Program-made: the position numbers and the translations under genes
Source: Mobula hypostoma
Lineage: Eukaryota
Assembly: GCF_963921235.1 (NCBI RefSeq)
Contig: NC_086097.1
Coordinates: forward strand, 136,216,001-136,280,000
Length of the DNA stretch: 64,000 nt
Reading direction: 5' to 3'
The notes under the pieces: model-generated
Databases searched by the model: none
Told to the model about the DNA's origin: nothing
What the model saw: only the letters and a program-made list of their open reading frames with translations
Shown here: piece by piece, positions 36,400-48,330 of the stretch
Layout of the letters: each line of letters begins with the position of its first letter
Position numbering within the stretch: the first letter of the stretch is position 1

Positions 36400-38103
36400 A
36401 AGAAGAAGAAGAAGAAGAGGAATATCTTTATTGTCATTGTTGTGGAGCAATGATACACAGTTTAGCAGCTCAACGTTTTGCAGCATGACAAAGAATATAT
36501 ACATAAAATAAACTCTAAAACCTCAGGAGTGCAGTCAAAAATTAATAATATATGGATGGGGGGGTAGGACTATTGCACACCTGCCATTCCTGGAAGTGTG
36601 ATGCATTTAGCTGCCGCTGTCTTCGGAGGGGGGGCAGGAGAAGGGAAGAGGATGTTATACATTTCACTGCTTGTGAGTAGAAGCTGTTAAGAAGTCTCTT
36701 TGTTTTTGTCCTTAATGCTCTGTATCTCTTCCCAGAAGGTAGAGGGGAAAACAGGTGATGTCCAGGATGAGTGGGATCCTTTGAAATACAAGTAGCTTTC
36801 TTTTGAAGTCTGCCAGTATAAATGTCTCTGAGGGAGGGTAATGTTGTGCCAATAACCCACTCTGCTACCCTCACCACCCGCTGCAAGTCCTTCCTGTTCT
36901 GTTCTGTGCAGCTGGCAAACCACACTGCACAGCAATACGTCAGGAGGCTCTCTATAGTTGTCCGATAGAAGTTGATCAGCAGGTGATGAGAGAGGAGAGC
37001 GTGCTTTAGCTTCCTTAGGAAGTAGAGCCTCTGTTGGGCCTTCCCCACCTGATAAGAGATATGGGCAGTCCAGGTGAGGTCAGCCGAGTTGTGGACGCCA
37101 AGGAACTTGAAACTCTCTACTCTCTCCACTTCTTTCCCGTATATGTGCAGAGCAGAGTGCTTGACGCGCTTTGATTTCCTGAAGTCTACTATCAGCTCCT
37201 TGGTTTTTGTGATGTTCAAGTCCAGGTTATTATGACAACACCATTCTGTCAAATGCTGTACCTCCTCCCTATAGGCTGTCTCGTCACAGTCTGATATGAT
37301 ACCTATTAGGGTGGTATCGTCAGCAAATTTGACAATGGTGTTGGTGGAGTGAATGGTAGAGCAGTCATGGGTGAGGATGGGGCTGAGACCACATCCCTGT
37401 GGTGTACCGGTGTTCAGGATGAGAGTAGATGATGTCTGTTCTCCCATCCTGACACTTTGGGGTCTGTTACTCAGAAAATCCAGTATCCCTGAGCACAGGG
37501 AACTGCCAAGGCCCAGGTTGCTCTATTTCTGCACCAGTTTGTAGGGGATGAGCTGTATTCAAAGCTGAGCTGTAGTCCACAAACAGCATTTCTACATAGG
37601 TGTTATCCAGATCCAGGTTTGTAAGATCCAGCTGTGTGGAGAGCTGTGATGATTGCATCCTCTGTCGATCTGTTTGCACGATACGCAAACTGGTATTTAT
37701 CAAGGTCAGCAGGTATGGTAGACTTAATATAAGACAGTATGAGTCTCTCAAAACATTTCATATGATAGGAGTTAGAGCAACTGGGTGATAGTCACTAAGG
37801 CAGTTCACTGTACTTTTCTTGTGGCTGACTTAGGGCAGGTGGGGACTACAGACTGTAGTAGCGAGAGGCTGAAGATGGTAGTAAATACTCCCGCTAGGTG
37901 ATCTGCGCAGTCCTTAAGAATCCTTCCGGTGACTCCATCTGGGCCAGCTGCTTTCTTCGCATTGACTCCGTGCAGGGCGGATCTGACCTGGTGCTGGTGT
38001 AATTGTATAGGGTCATCCTTCTCTGTTAGTGCTGACTGGATGCCAACTTCTCCATTCTGACTGTCGAAGCGAGAAAAGAACTGGTTCAGAGTGTCTGGCA
38101 ATG
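36400..38103 (-). mobile_element. Rex1/Babar LINE, 5'-truncated, (CTT)n tail
   Basis: ORF 36542-37447 ([33 protein letters not shown]), 37805-38155 (KAAGPDGVTG); AATAAA then (CTT)n tail on minus strand. Confidence 0.92.
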
Positions 38104-39832
38104 TAGAACTGTAGAGAACAAAGGAACACAATGAACTCTTGGCCAACAGGGCCACTGTCTAAAAACTCTCAAACCAACTAAACAGTGGCACTGTCAATGT
38201 GACTTGAAAGCAGTAAACTAGGACTACATTAATATCACTCCTTTAACAGTGTCTAACTCAATCACTAGTCTTCCTTCCCAGAACATGGACTAAAGTAAAA
38301 TGTTGTCTCTGTGCTTTGATCAAGACTTGACAAGACTGAACAAAAGGGAGAGAGTTAAATACAATTACAAAGAAACCCTAATTGGCTGGAACGTGTGCAT
38401 TTTCACATGCTTGATTGCTGTCTTCTTTCAGCTGCCCACCTGCAAGAGTGCTCAGACTCCACGGCAGTGTCTACAGTTGTGAGAGGGCCCCCTTCCTGAG
38501 GCGTCAGAGGCCTGTGTCCATCAGGCATATTGTTTCAAGGTGCACAGCGGAGAAGCCTTGGTCTGCCTTCATGTGTACTTGTAGCAATAGACCAACTGTT
38601 CAGCTGAAGTGACTCCCAGGTCAATCTCTTAATGGCTGGAATCTCTTTTGTCATTCAAAGGGAGACATACCCGTGGAAGACAATTGGAGGTTATTGTGGA
38701 CAATCTCTGCACAAACCAGTTGGGAGCTCCAGGTTCTGAGGGTTGAAGAAACAAGGCAGCACAGGTTTCTCTCCAGCTCCTGATTCACTCTCTCAATCTG
38801 AACTCTGAGAACATTTGGGCTTCTTCACTTGTCCATTGGAATCTTGCAAAGGTCTCAGTGAGTGCATTTATGGAAGCCGTGATGGAACTACAGATTCTGA
38901 CGAAGTGGCGATAAACGTTTACAAACCCTCTGAAACACCGCATCTGTTTGACTGTAGATGGGTTGTCCATTCTGTGCCTGCCTGAACTTTACATGGGTCC
39001 ATTTGAACACTGGAAAAAAGCTACAGAAGGTTGTAAAATTAGCCAGGTCCACCTTGGTATCCATAGTATCCAAGACATCTTCAATAGGCAGTGTCTCGGA
39101 AAGATAATGTCCATTATTAATTTCTGTTGTTATACTATTTTTACTCTATTTAATTTATTAGAATATTAGAGTATTTATTTATTTTTCTATATTATCATGT
39201 ATAGCATTGTACTGCTGCTGCTAAGTTAGCAAATTTCACGACACATGCTAATGATAATAAATCTGTTTCTGATTCTCAGAGAAGTTAGAATGTAGCCCAA
39301 GAACCACACCTACTCTTTGTGGACCCACTCTTCTCTGATTCAGCATAAAGGTTGCTCTCAAGGGGCCATCTGAGAACCTTCCAGACATGCTAGATGTGTT
39401 CCTGAGGCGAGTGGGAATAGGTAATAATGTTATCCAATTACACGAAAACAAACTGATTCAACATGTCCTCTAGCACATCGTTGACCAGGGTCTGAAAAAC
39501 AACAGGGGCATTAGCCAGACCAAATGACTTCATGAGGTACTCAGAGTGGCCAATGGGAGTGTTGAATGCTGTCTTCCACTCGTCTTCTTGTTGGATGCGA
39601 AGCCAGTTACAAGTGTTGCACAGATCTATCTTAGGGAATGTGGTTGATCCCCAGAGATGTTCAAATGCACAGGCAAGCAGGGGAAGAGAATAACAGTTCT
39701 TCACCATGATGTTGTTGAGGGGCCAGTAGTCAATGCAGGGCTGGAGCTCGTCATCCTTTTTGCTTACAAAAAGAAGCCTGCCCCTGCTGGTGAGGTAGAT
39801 GGATCCTAAGGCCAATACCTCCTTGATGTATT

Positions 39833-40575
39833 AAGACTATAAGACATAGGAGAAGAATAAGGCTATTCAGCCTATCGGGTCTGCTCCACCATTCCATCAT
39901 GGCTGATCCCGGATTCTACCCAATCCCATTCACCTGCCTTCTCGTCATAACCTTTGTTGCCTTGATCGACCAGGAAGCGATCAACTTCCACCTTAAATAT
40001 ACCCACAGACTTGGCCTCCAACACAGTTTGTGGATTAAGCGTTCCACAGATTCACTACTCTCTGGCTAAAAAAAAATTCTGCCTTACCTCTGTTCTAAAA
40101 GGTCATCTCTCAGTTTTGAGGCTGTGCCCTCTAGTTCTGGATACGAAACATCCTCTTCACATGCACTGTATCTAGCCCTTTCAACCTTCGGTAGGTTTCA
40201 ATGAGATCCCCTGCATTCTTCTAAATTCCAGTGAGTACAAGCTCAAAGCTGCCAAACGCTCCTCATATGTTAACCCCTTCATTCCCGGAATCATCCTTGT
40301 GAACCTCCTCTGTTCTCTCTCCAATGACAACATATCCTTTCTGAGATATGGGGCTCAAAACTATTGACAATACTCCAAGTGCAGCCTGACTAGTGCCTTA
40401 TAAAGGCACTAGTCAGGCGGCATTATCTCCTTGCTTTTATATTCTATTCCCTTTGAAATAAATGCCAACATTGCATTTGCCTTTTTACCACAGATTCAAC
40501 CAGTAAAATAACCTTCTGGGAGTCCTGCACGAGGACTCCTAAGTCTCTCTGCACCTCTGATGTTTGAAATTCTTC
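39833..40575 (-). mobile_element. CR1 3' fragment inserted in Gypsy pol
   Basis: taagactataagacatagg tail plus reverse-complement CR1 RT C-terminus. Confidence 0.85.
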
Positions 40576-41110
40576 TATGGCCACAGATTTTCAGGATGAG
40601 GGAGGGAAAAGAGCAGGCCCTGAGGAGGGCCTCAACAAGGTAAGAGGTCAATGGTGCAGTTGTATGTCTGCTGTGGAGGCCGGGCGGTGGCAATCTTCTT
40701 ACAGAAGGTCAGCATATTCAGACAGGTCCACAATAACAGTTGACTCAGGATGCTGACAAGGGTTGGATCTGGACCCAGACAGGTAGATGGGCATGGGCAT
40801 GCTCTTGAAGCACTTTTAGGGACCAATTGGTCCATAGGTTGTGTTGAGAGAATTGGGGAAGGCTAAGCACTAGCAGCAGTTCAGGTAGATCAACAAGATG
40901 TAAAGAGAGCTATTCTCTTATGGTTGCCCTCTAGCACAAGTTGGAGGGGTGCTGTGGAAAGGTGATCTCGTTGGTGTCCAGAGCTCAACCATTCAGAACC
41001 TTGATAACAATATTCTGTCTCAATTGTTGAGTGGGGACTTCCCATTTTTGAGCCTGAGTGATATACATGAAGTTCCCAGCTGTCCCGGAGTCAATAAATG
41101 CCAGGGAAGC

Positions 41111-42835
41111 TGTTGAATTCTGTTCATGTGGACTATGAAAGTATTTAGTATGCATGCGCACTCTCCCTGTTATGTGTGTGCACGTGGGAGGAGAGGGTGG
41201 AATTGTGGAATATAAAGATGGTGGCCCTCAGGGATTGAATAGAGACATTGAAGGTAAAGTTGTTTATACAAAAGAAAAACGTGCCTTTGTTATTTGGGCG
41301 TTAGCAATAGTAACAGAGGGGATCGTTTCCAGTTATAAGATCCTGCCAGCATTTGACGAGAGCAAGCCTTACGAAAGCTGAAAAAGTGAAACTGGAATAT
41401 GAACGTGTTACAGAACTGGAGAAGATGAAGCAAGCCTTGGTTGTTGTGCTGTCAATTTTGGGAAGAGCAAGAGAGACCGCGATGGGAATTTTGGAGGAAG
41501 ACTTGAGCAAAGATAATGATGTGAGTACGCTAATAAATCCACTTGACTGTTTTTTCGAAGGAAGAAAAGGATCGTATTTATGAAGCATATTCAGACTTTG
41601 ACAAAATTTACAGAGACAATTCTAAAAACAGGGATGCTTTTATTACTGATTTTAAACAGAAGTACAGTCGCAGGTGTAAATACAAAATGGAATTTCCTGA
41701 CACTGTCAAGAGAAAATCTGCAGATTCTGGAAATCCAAGCAACACACACAAAATGCTAGAGGAACTCAGCAGGCCATGGTAGCATCTCCGGAAAAAGTAC
41801 AGTCAACATTTCGGACCAAAAGTCTTCGGCAGTCCTGCTGATTTCCTTCAGCATTTTGTGGGTGTTACTCTGATTTCTAGCACCTGCAGAGTTTCTCTTA
41901 TTTGTGAACATGGCATCCAGCACAAGAAATACCACAGTACAATCTTTACATGAAGAAAACAAGATAGTGTGCAGAATTCAATCTGAAAAAGTAGTCTTGA
42001 CGTTTCAACAGCTTGTAAAAAGATAACTCACTGAGGCTCGTTGTCTTCAATGATGTCTCATTTGGGAATCTTCTTGATGAAGGTACTCAAGGGGAACATT
42101 TTATTGTACTGATGGGAGAAGAGGGAAGTTTTTCACTTCTACTGGCAATCAAAAAGGATCCAAAGTGTTTGTATGGAGTACACTGGCAGGAGAAACCCTT
42201 GAAATGTCTGAAGGTTTTGACAATGCTGTTTTCTGGCCACTCTATTCTGAGCTTTTCCATGGTGATGCAAAGAAGGATAGTCTACAGAACACCTGTGTCA
42301 CAGACAACTACTCTTTGGTTGATGCCATCAATTCCACCAAGTCAATTACAAAGAAGAAGCAGCATCAAAGAACTTGTCCAAGCACAGAAAATTCATCACG
42401 TGTTGTGGTCAACGACAAAAGAACAGCGAGTTGAGGGCCTCACAAAGAAAGGAGCACCAGCTCTTATGTTGTTAAAGGCACTTAGTGAAGGCATTCAGTA
42501 CTTTTAAGAATTGTATTAACGTCAAGGATTAGAACTAATTCTCATATCCTAGTGGACATTTGAATTGTTTGGACATCTGATTTGCCCTTAAATTTTTTTC
42601 AAATTTAATTTTTAATATAAGCATAAAAAGGATGAGAGATTGTTGAGTTCTGTTCATTTGAACTATGTAAGTATTTAATACTCATGCGCACTCTCCCTAT
42701 TATGCATGCGTGCTTGGGAGGAGTGGGTGGAATTTGGGATGTAGAGGTGGTAGCCCTCGCGTATTGAAAGGAGACGTTGAATGCAAAGTTGTTTAGACAA
42801 AAGAAAAATGTGTCCTTGTTGGTTGGGCATTAACA
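41111..42835 (+). mobile_element. Internally deleted Ty1/Copia (GalEa-type) LTR element
   Basis: LTRs 41111-41306 (TGTTG..TAGCA) and 42641-42835 (TGTTG..TAACA); aagc on both flanks; PBS-like tagtaacagag 41308-41318; PPT 42625-42639; gag (PAFDESKPYES, KQALVVVLS.LGRARE, EEKDRIYEAYSDFDK) and RNase H (STLAGETL, TDNYSLVDAINSTK, EQRVEGLTKKGA). Confidence 0.88.
41707..41910. mobile_element. Penelope-derived inverted mini-element at the Copia gag/RNase H deletion junction
   Basis: aaaatctgcagattctggaaatccaagcaacacacacaaaatgctagaggaactcagc ... ccttcagcattttgtgggtgtt..tttctagcacctgcagagttt; decayed hammerhead about 41800-41835. Confidence 0.7.
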
Positions 42836-44765
42836 AAGCTGAAAGCATTATTTGACAGGGGAAGATGCCAGCAGGGAGAATCCGAATTTCCTTTCTTATT
42901 GATGGGTCTCCTCTTTAATTCAACGCTTGGGTCATGATGCCCAGAAGTGTCCAAGAGAGCCATAGCAAAGGCAGCAATCTATTCTTCTGTGCCATCTCAT
43001 TCCTCTTGAGATACAATATGTGTAGGCCCCTCACCTGCATCAGCTCCTCAGCAGACTATGTACTGGATGATGATAGAAAGAACAAGGACAGGCCATAATC
43101 AGATGAGTAGGCTCAGAGCATTCTCTCTCTGTGCCATTCAGCTGCCCGGTTGTCTGAATGGCCGGATTTACTGGGTCACCCAGGCTGTCCTGTTCATCAT
43201 GCACTTCAATCTGTGCTCGGCCCATGTTGGACAGCAGAAATGAGAGATCTCTTCTTCCAACTCATCTCAACCATGAGTGCAGAACTTTACCGCATAGTCT
43301 CTCACTGGCCCTCTACCTTGGTACAGGCCCAAGAGTCGATGAGCAGCCTCCTGACCCCATACTGGAAGGTCAAACACTCTCTTGAACTCAACTACAAATT
43401 GCTGGAAAGACCGGGCTGCAAGAGCACCTTGTTCTCATTGGGCACTGAGCAGACTGAGTGAAGGTCTGTTTAAGTGCCTCACCAGTTTAAGTAGATCATC
43501 ACTGAACTGGCCTGGCGGGGATTGGAATGTCAGCTCACACTGGGTGCTAAAGTTTCTGCAGCTGTTGGGGTTGTCGGAGTATCTGACTGGTGGAGGAATG
43601 TTCAGTTCGGGTCCAGAAGCAGCCCAGGGGAATCAGGATCTTAGTGGCTGAGGCTGATGATACTGCAGTAGAGGAGGATGGGGTGTTGCCGCTGTTGGAA
43701 GTGGGGCTGCTGATAGAGAGCGGCTAAATAGCAGCAGTGAGAGACAGTAACACCTGCCACCTGACTGACTGTCTGTTGTGAGCTGCTTGGACTGGGCTTG
43801 CCTCTCTGAGAGTAGTTATCACACCACGGGAGCCACTTCTGCAACCCAGACTCCACTAAAAACTCTCAAACTAAAAACTGATGCTGTTACTGCAGCTTGA
43901 AAGCTACAACTATAACTATAACCATATTAATACCTACAACTACATTAATACCTTTAACAGCATCCACCTAAATTGCTAATCTTCTTTCCTGGAACACGGA
44001 CTAAGGTAAGCAGGGAGCTTTGTAGTCGCTGTTCTTCGATCAAGACCTGACAAGACTGAGACAAAAGGAAGAGCATTAAGTACAGTTACAGTGAAACCCT
44101 GATTGGCTGTAATGTGTGCATTCTCACATGTGTGATTGCCGTCTTCCTTCAGCTGCCCGCATGCGAGAGTGCCCAGACTCCGCAGCGGTGTCCGTGGTTT
44201 TGACAGCAGGTAACAATTACCCTTTGGAGCCCGGTAGAGTCACTGAATCAGTTTCAGAGATGAGAAGATTGTCCCATGAGCCGAGATCAGATGTAAGGGT
44301 GCAAGACTCACTGGAGTTCCGATGACCTGGCTGAGAAGCAGGTTTCTGAGGTGGGATCAGGAGTGTAACTGTCCTCCCTCCAAGTGAAGTATTCTGTCTT
44401 TGACTACAGTATTAAAGCAGTATTATAGAAGTTAAAGCAAGTATGAGCAAGGCCAAATATTCCACTCCTCCTCCTTCCTCTGATCTATTAATCAGATGAC
44501 AGGTGGGCAAGGTACAGTTTTGTCTTCACACAACAAAACATCTGTTGGAGGAGTTCAGGAGTTTGGAGAACCTGTGGTGGTGAAGGTTGGGGAAGGAGTT
44601 GTTGACACTTTGGGTCAAAACCCCGCACGAGTGCACTGTTTCTATTTGTCTCTACACAAAATTTATTTTGATACTGATCATCACTGTCCCTGTCCTCCCC
44701 CAGAAAAGAACTTGCCAAAATGGGTCTGCGACTGGAAGAGGAAATAAGAGATGGAACTAGTTTAG

Positions 44766-44930
44766 AAACACAAGAGATTTTGCAGATGCTGGAAATCCAA
44801 ATCAATACACACAAAATGCTGGATGAACCCAGCAGGTCAGGCAGTATCTGTGGAAAAGAATAAGCAGCCGATGTTTTGGGCAGGGATCCTTCATCAGGAC
44901 CGGAAAGGAAGGCAGAAGAAGCCAGGATTG
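44766..44930 (-). mobile_element. Penelope-derived mini-element, decayed hammerhead
   Basis: TSD tggaactagtttag (44752-44765) / tggaaatagttttg (44931-44944). Confidence 0.75.
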
Positions 44931-47347
44931 TGGAAATAGTTTTGCTTCACTGCCATTAGAACTGAGTTTTGCAAATGTACTGATTTTTTATTTCTTCACA
45001 CAACCTGTCTCCCTATAGAAATGACTTTTGTCTGAATCAGAATCAGAATCAGATTCAGGTTTATTATCACCGGCATGTGATGTGAACTTTGTTAATTTAG
45101 CAGCAGCAGTTCAATGCAATGCATGATCTAGCAGAGAGAGAGAGAAAAAATAAAATAAAACATAATAATAAATAAACAAGTAAATCAATTACGTATGTTG
45201 AATAGATTATTAAAAAATGTGCAAAAACAGATGTACTGTATATTAAAAAAAGTGAGGTAGTGTCCAAAGCTTCAAAATCCATTCAGGAATCAGATGGCAG
45301 AGGGGAAGAAATTGTTCCTGAATCGCTGAGTGTGTACCTTCAGGCTTCTGTACCTCCTACCTGATGGCAACAGTGAGAAAAGGGCATGCCCTGGGTGCTG
45401 GAGGTCTTTAATAATGGATACTGCCTTTCTGGGACACCGCTCCCTAAAGATGTCCTGGGTACTTTGTAGGCTAGTGCCCAAGATGAAGCAGACTAGATCT
45501 ACAACCTTCTGCAGCTTCTTTTGGTCCTGTGCAGTAGCCCCTCCATACCAGACAGTGATGCAGCCTGTCAGAATGCTCTCCATGGTACAACTATAGAAGT
45601 TTCTGAGTGTATTTGTTGACATGCCAATCTCTTCAAACTCCTAATAAAGTACAACCACTGTCTTGCCTTCTTTATGACTCTATCAATGTGTTGGGACCAG
45701 GTTAGATCCTCAGAGATCTTGACACCCAGCAACTTGAAGCTGCTGACACTCTCCACTTCTGGTCCCTCTATGAGGATTGGTATGTGTTCCTTTGTCTTAC
45801 CCTTCCTGAAGTCCACAATCAGCTCTTTTGTCTTACTGATGCTGAGTGCCAGGTTGTTGCTGCAGCACCACTCCACTAGTTGGCATATCTCACTCCTGTA
45901 TGCCCTGTTGTCACTATCTGAGATTCTACCAACAATGGTTGTATCGTCAGTAAATTTATAGATGGTATTTGAGCTATGCCTAGCCACAGAGTCACGTGTA
46001 TATGGAGAATAGAGCAGTGGGCTAAGCACACACCCCTGAGGTGCACCAGTGTTGATCATCAGTGAAGAGGATATAGAAACATAGAAACATAGAAAACCTA
46101 CAGCACAGTACAGGGTCTTCGGCCCACAAAGTTGTGCAGAACATGTCCCTACTTTAGAACTACCTAGGCTTTACCCATGGCCCTCTATTTTTCTAAGCTC
46201 CATGTACCTATCTAAAAGACTCTTAAAAGACCCTATCGTATCTGCCTCCACCACCATTGCCGGCAGCCCATTCCACACACTCACCACTCCCTGCGTAAAA
46301 ATCTTACCCTGACATTTCCTCTGTATCTATTCCCCAGCACCTTAAACCTGTGCCTTCTCATGTTAGCCATTTCAGCCCCAGGAAAAAGCCTCTGACTATC
46401 CACACGATCAATGCCTTTCATCATCTTATACACTTCTGTCAGGTCACCTCTCATCCTCCGTGCTCCAAGGAGAAAAGGCCAAGTTCACTCAACCTGTTTT
46501 CATAAGGCATGCTCCCCAATCCAGGCAACATCCTCGTAAATCTCCTCTGCACCCTTTCTATGGTTTCCACATCCTTCCTGTAGTGAGGCGACCAGAACTG
46601 AGCACAGTACTCCAAGTGGGGTCTGACCAGGGTCCTATATAGCTGAAATATTACCTCTCAGCTCCTAAATTCAATTCCACGATTCATGAAGGCCAATACA
46701 CCATATGCCTTCTTAACCAACCTGCGCAGCTGCTTTGAGCGTCCTATGGACTCAGACCCCAAGATCCCTCTGATCCTCCGCACTGCCAAGAGTCTTACCA
46801 TTAATATTGGACCTACCAAAATGAACCATTTCACACTTATCTGGGTTGAACTCCATCTGCCAGTTCTCAGCCCAGTTTTGCATACTATCAATGTCCCGCT
46901 GTAACATCTGACAGCCCTCCACATTATCCACAACACCGCCAACCTTTGTGTCATCAGTAAACTTACTAACCCATCCCTCCACTTCCTCATCCAGCTCATT
47001 TATAAAAATCACGCGAAGAGTGGGGGTCCCAGAATAGATCCCTGAGGCACACCACTGGTCACCGTCCTTCATGCAGAATATGACCTGTCTACAACCGTTC
47101 TTTGCCTTCTGTGGGCAAGCCAGTTCTCGATCCACAAAGCAATGTCCCCTTGGATCCCATGCCTCCTTACTTTCTCAATAAGCCTTGCATGGGGTACCTT
47201 ATCAAATGCCTTGCTGAAATCCATATACAGTACATCTGCTGCTTTTCCTTCATCAATGTGCTTAGTCACATCCTCAAAAAATTCAGTCAGGCTCGTAAGG
47301 CATGACCTGCCCTTGACAAAGCCATGCAGACTTTTCCTAATCATATT

Positions 47348-47934
47348 GGTGGTGGCATTCATTAGTCTTGCGAGACCATGGATCTGTACCTGGACTCTCC
47401 AGGGTGCAGGCCTGGGCCAAGGTTGTACGGACAACCGGCAGTTGCCCATGCAGCAAGTCTCCCCTCTCCACGACACCGATGTTGTCCAAGGGAAGGGCAA
47501 GGGCCAATACAGTTTGGCACCAGTGTCATTGTAGGAATTGCCAGAGAGGTTGAAGGCAACGTCGGACTGCCTTAGGGACTCCAGCTCCAGATTTGTCCTT
47601 AGGGTTTACTCCTGAAGCCTTTCCCATGAGTGGGTATGGCCACAAGGCAGCGGAGGTTTGAAATTAGAGTTTTCCCTCTCTTAGACAGACTGCCTTCCCA
47701 GGCTGATGAGCTCCATCTACCCGAAGCACTGGTTTTAAGGCACCAGGACCCGCCTTTGCCCCTTCTCCTGTCAGTAGAAACAGTTCTGCTGGGCTTAGAG
47801 GCTAAGCCACACGGGAAGGCCAGGAGTTGGACTTGGTTGTCAGAGGCTATTTGAGGCACATGCCATGAGGAGCACTTTTAGGTAGTGGGAGTTTCTCCCC
47901 ACTACCACTCCTCGGCTTGACAACCTTGGAACCA
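47348..47934 (-). mobile_element. Non-autonomous RTE-derived element (structured 5' part + RTE-type 3' end)
   Basis: Perfect TSD cctaatcatatt at 47336-47347 and 47935-47946; minus 3' end tccatggtctcgcaagactaatgaatgccaccacc resembles RTE-clade termini; non-coding. Confidence 0.7.
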
Positions 47935-47980
47935 CCTAATCATATTATACCTCTCCAAATGTTCATAAATCCTGCCTCTC

Positions 47981-48330
47981 AGGATCTTCTCCATCAACTT
48001 CTCCATCCACTACATAATGTACTGGTTGGGTACAGGAGTACATTCAGCCAGAGACTCATTCCACCGAGATGCAACACTGAGCATCATAGGAAGTCATTCC
48101 TGCCTGTGGCCATCAAACTTTACAACTCCTCCCTTGGAGGGTCAGACACCCTGAGCCAATAGGCTGGTCCTGGACTTATTTCCTGGCATAATTTACATAT
48201 TACTATTCAATTATTTATGGTTTTATATTGCTATATTTATACTCTATTCTTGTTTGGGGCAACTGTAATGAAAATCAATTTCCCTCGGGATCAATAAAGT
48301 ATGACTATGTCTATGACTATGACTATGACT
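47981..48330 (+). mobile_element. Rex-type LINE 3' end with (ATGACT)n tail nested in CR1
   Basis: HPLHNVL..RLIPPRCNTEHHRKSFLPVAIKLYN; aataaagtatgactatgtctatgactatgact; second 3' UTR copy at about 28008-28155. Confidence 0.75.

Larger units (their letters stand above)
38104..44205 (-). mobile_element. Decayed Ty3/Gypsy (Sushi-like) LTR retrotransposon with nested insertions
   Basis: Diverged direct repeats about 38150-38484 and 43853-44205 (TGTCA start on minus strand); PPT-like ggaagggggccc at about 38485-38496; gag (QEAAHRLLGLYQGRGPVRDYAVKF; decayed zinc knuckle CLCYGSLGHF), protease LAFIDSGTAGNFM (41066-41104), RT 39438-39815 (CIDYWPLN, DEWKTAFNTP, FGLANAPVVFQ), connection 38785-38970, integrase remnant SSTGMSPFE. 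Confidence 0.9.

Noticed and set aside
36542..37447. ALKBH8-N/DUF1891-like host gene
   Set aside because: That motif ([12 protein letters not shown]) is the usual C-terminal region of Rex1-type RT ORFs.
39438..43400. Domesticated PEG10/RTL1-like gene
   Set aside because: Stops, frameshifts, a broken YLDD motif and nested insertions indicate a dead retrotransposon.
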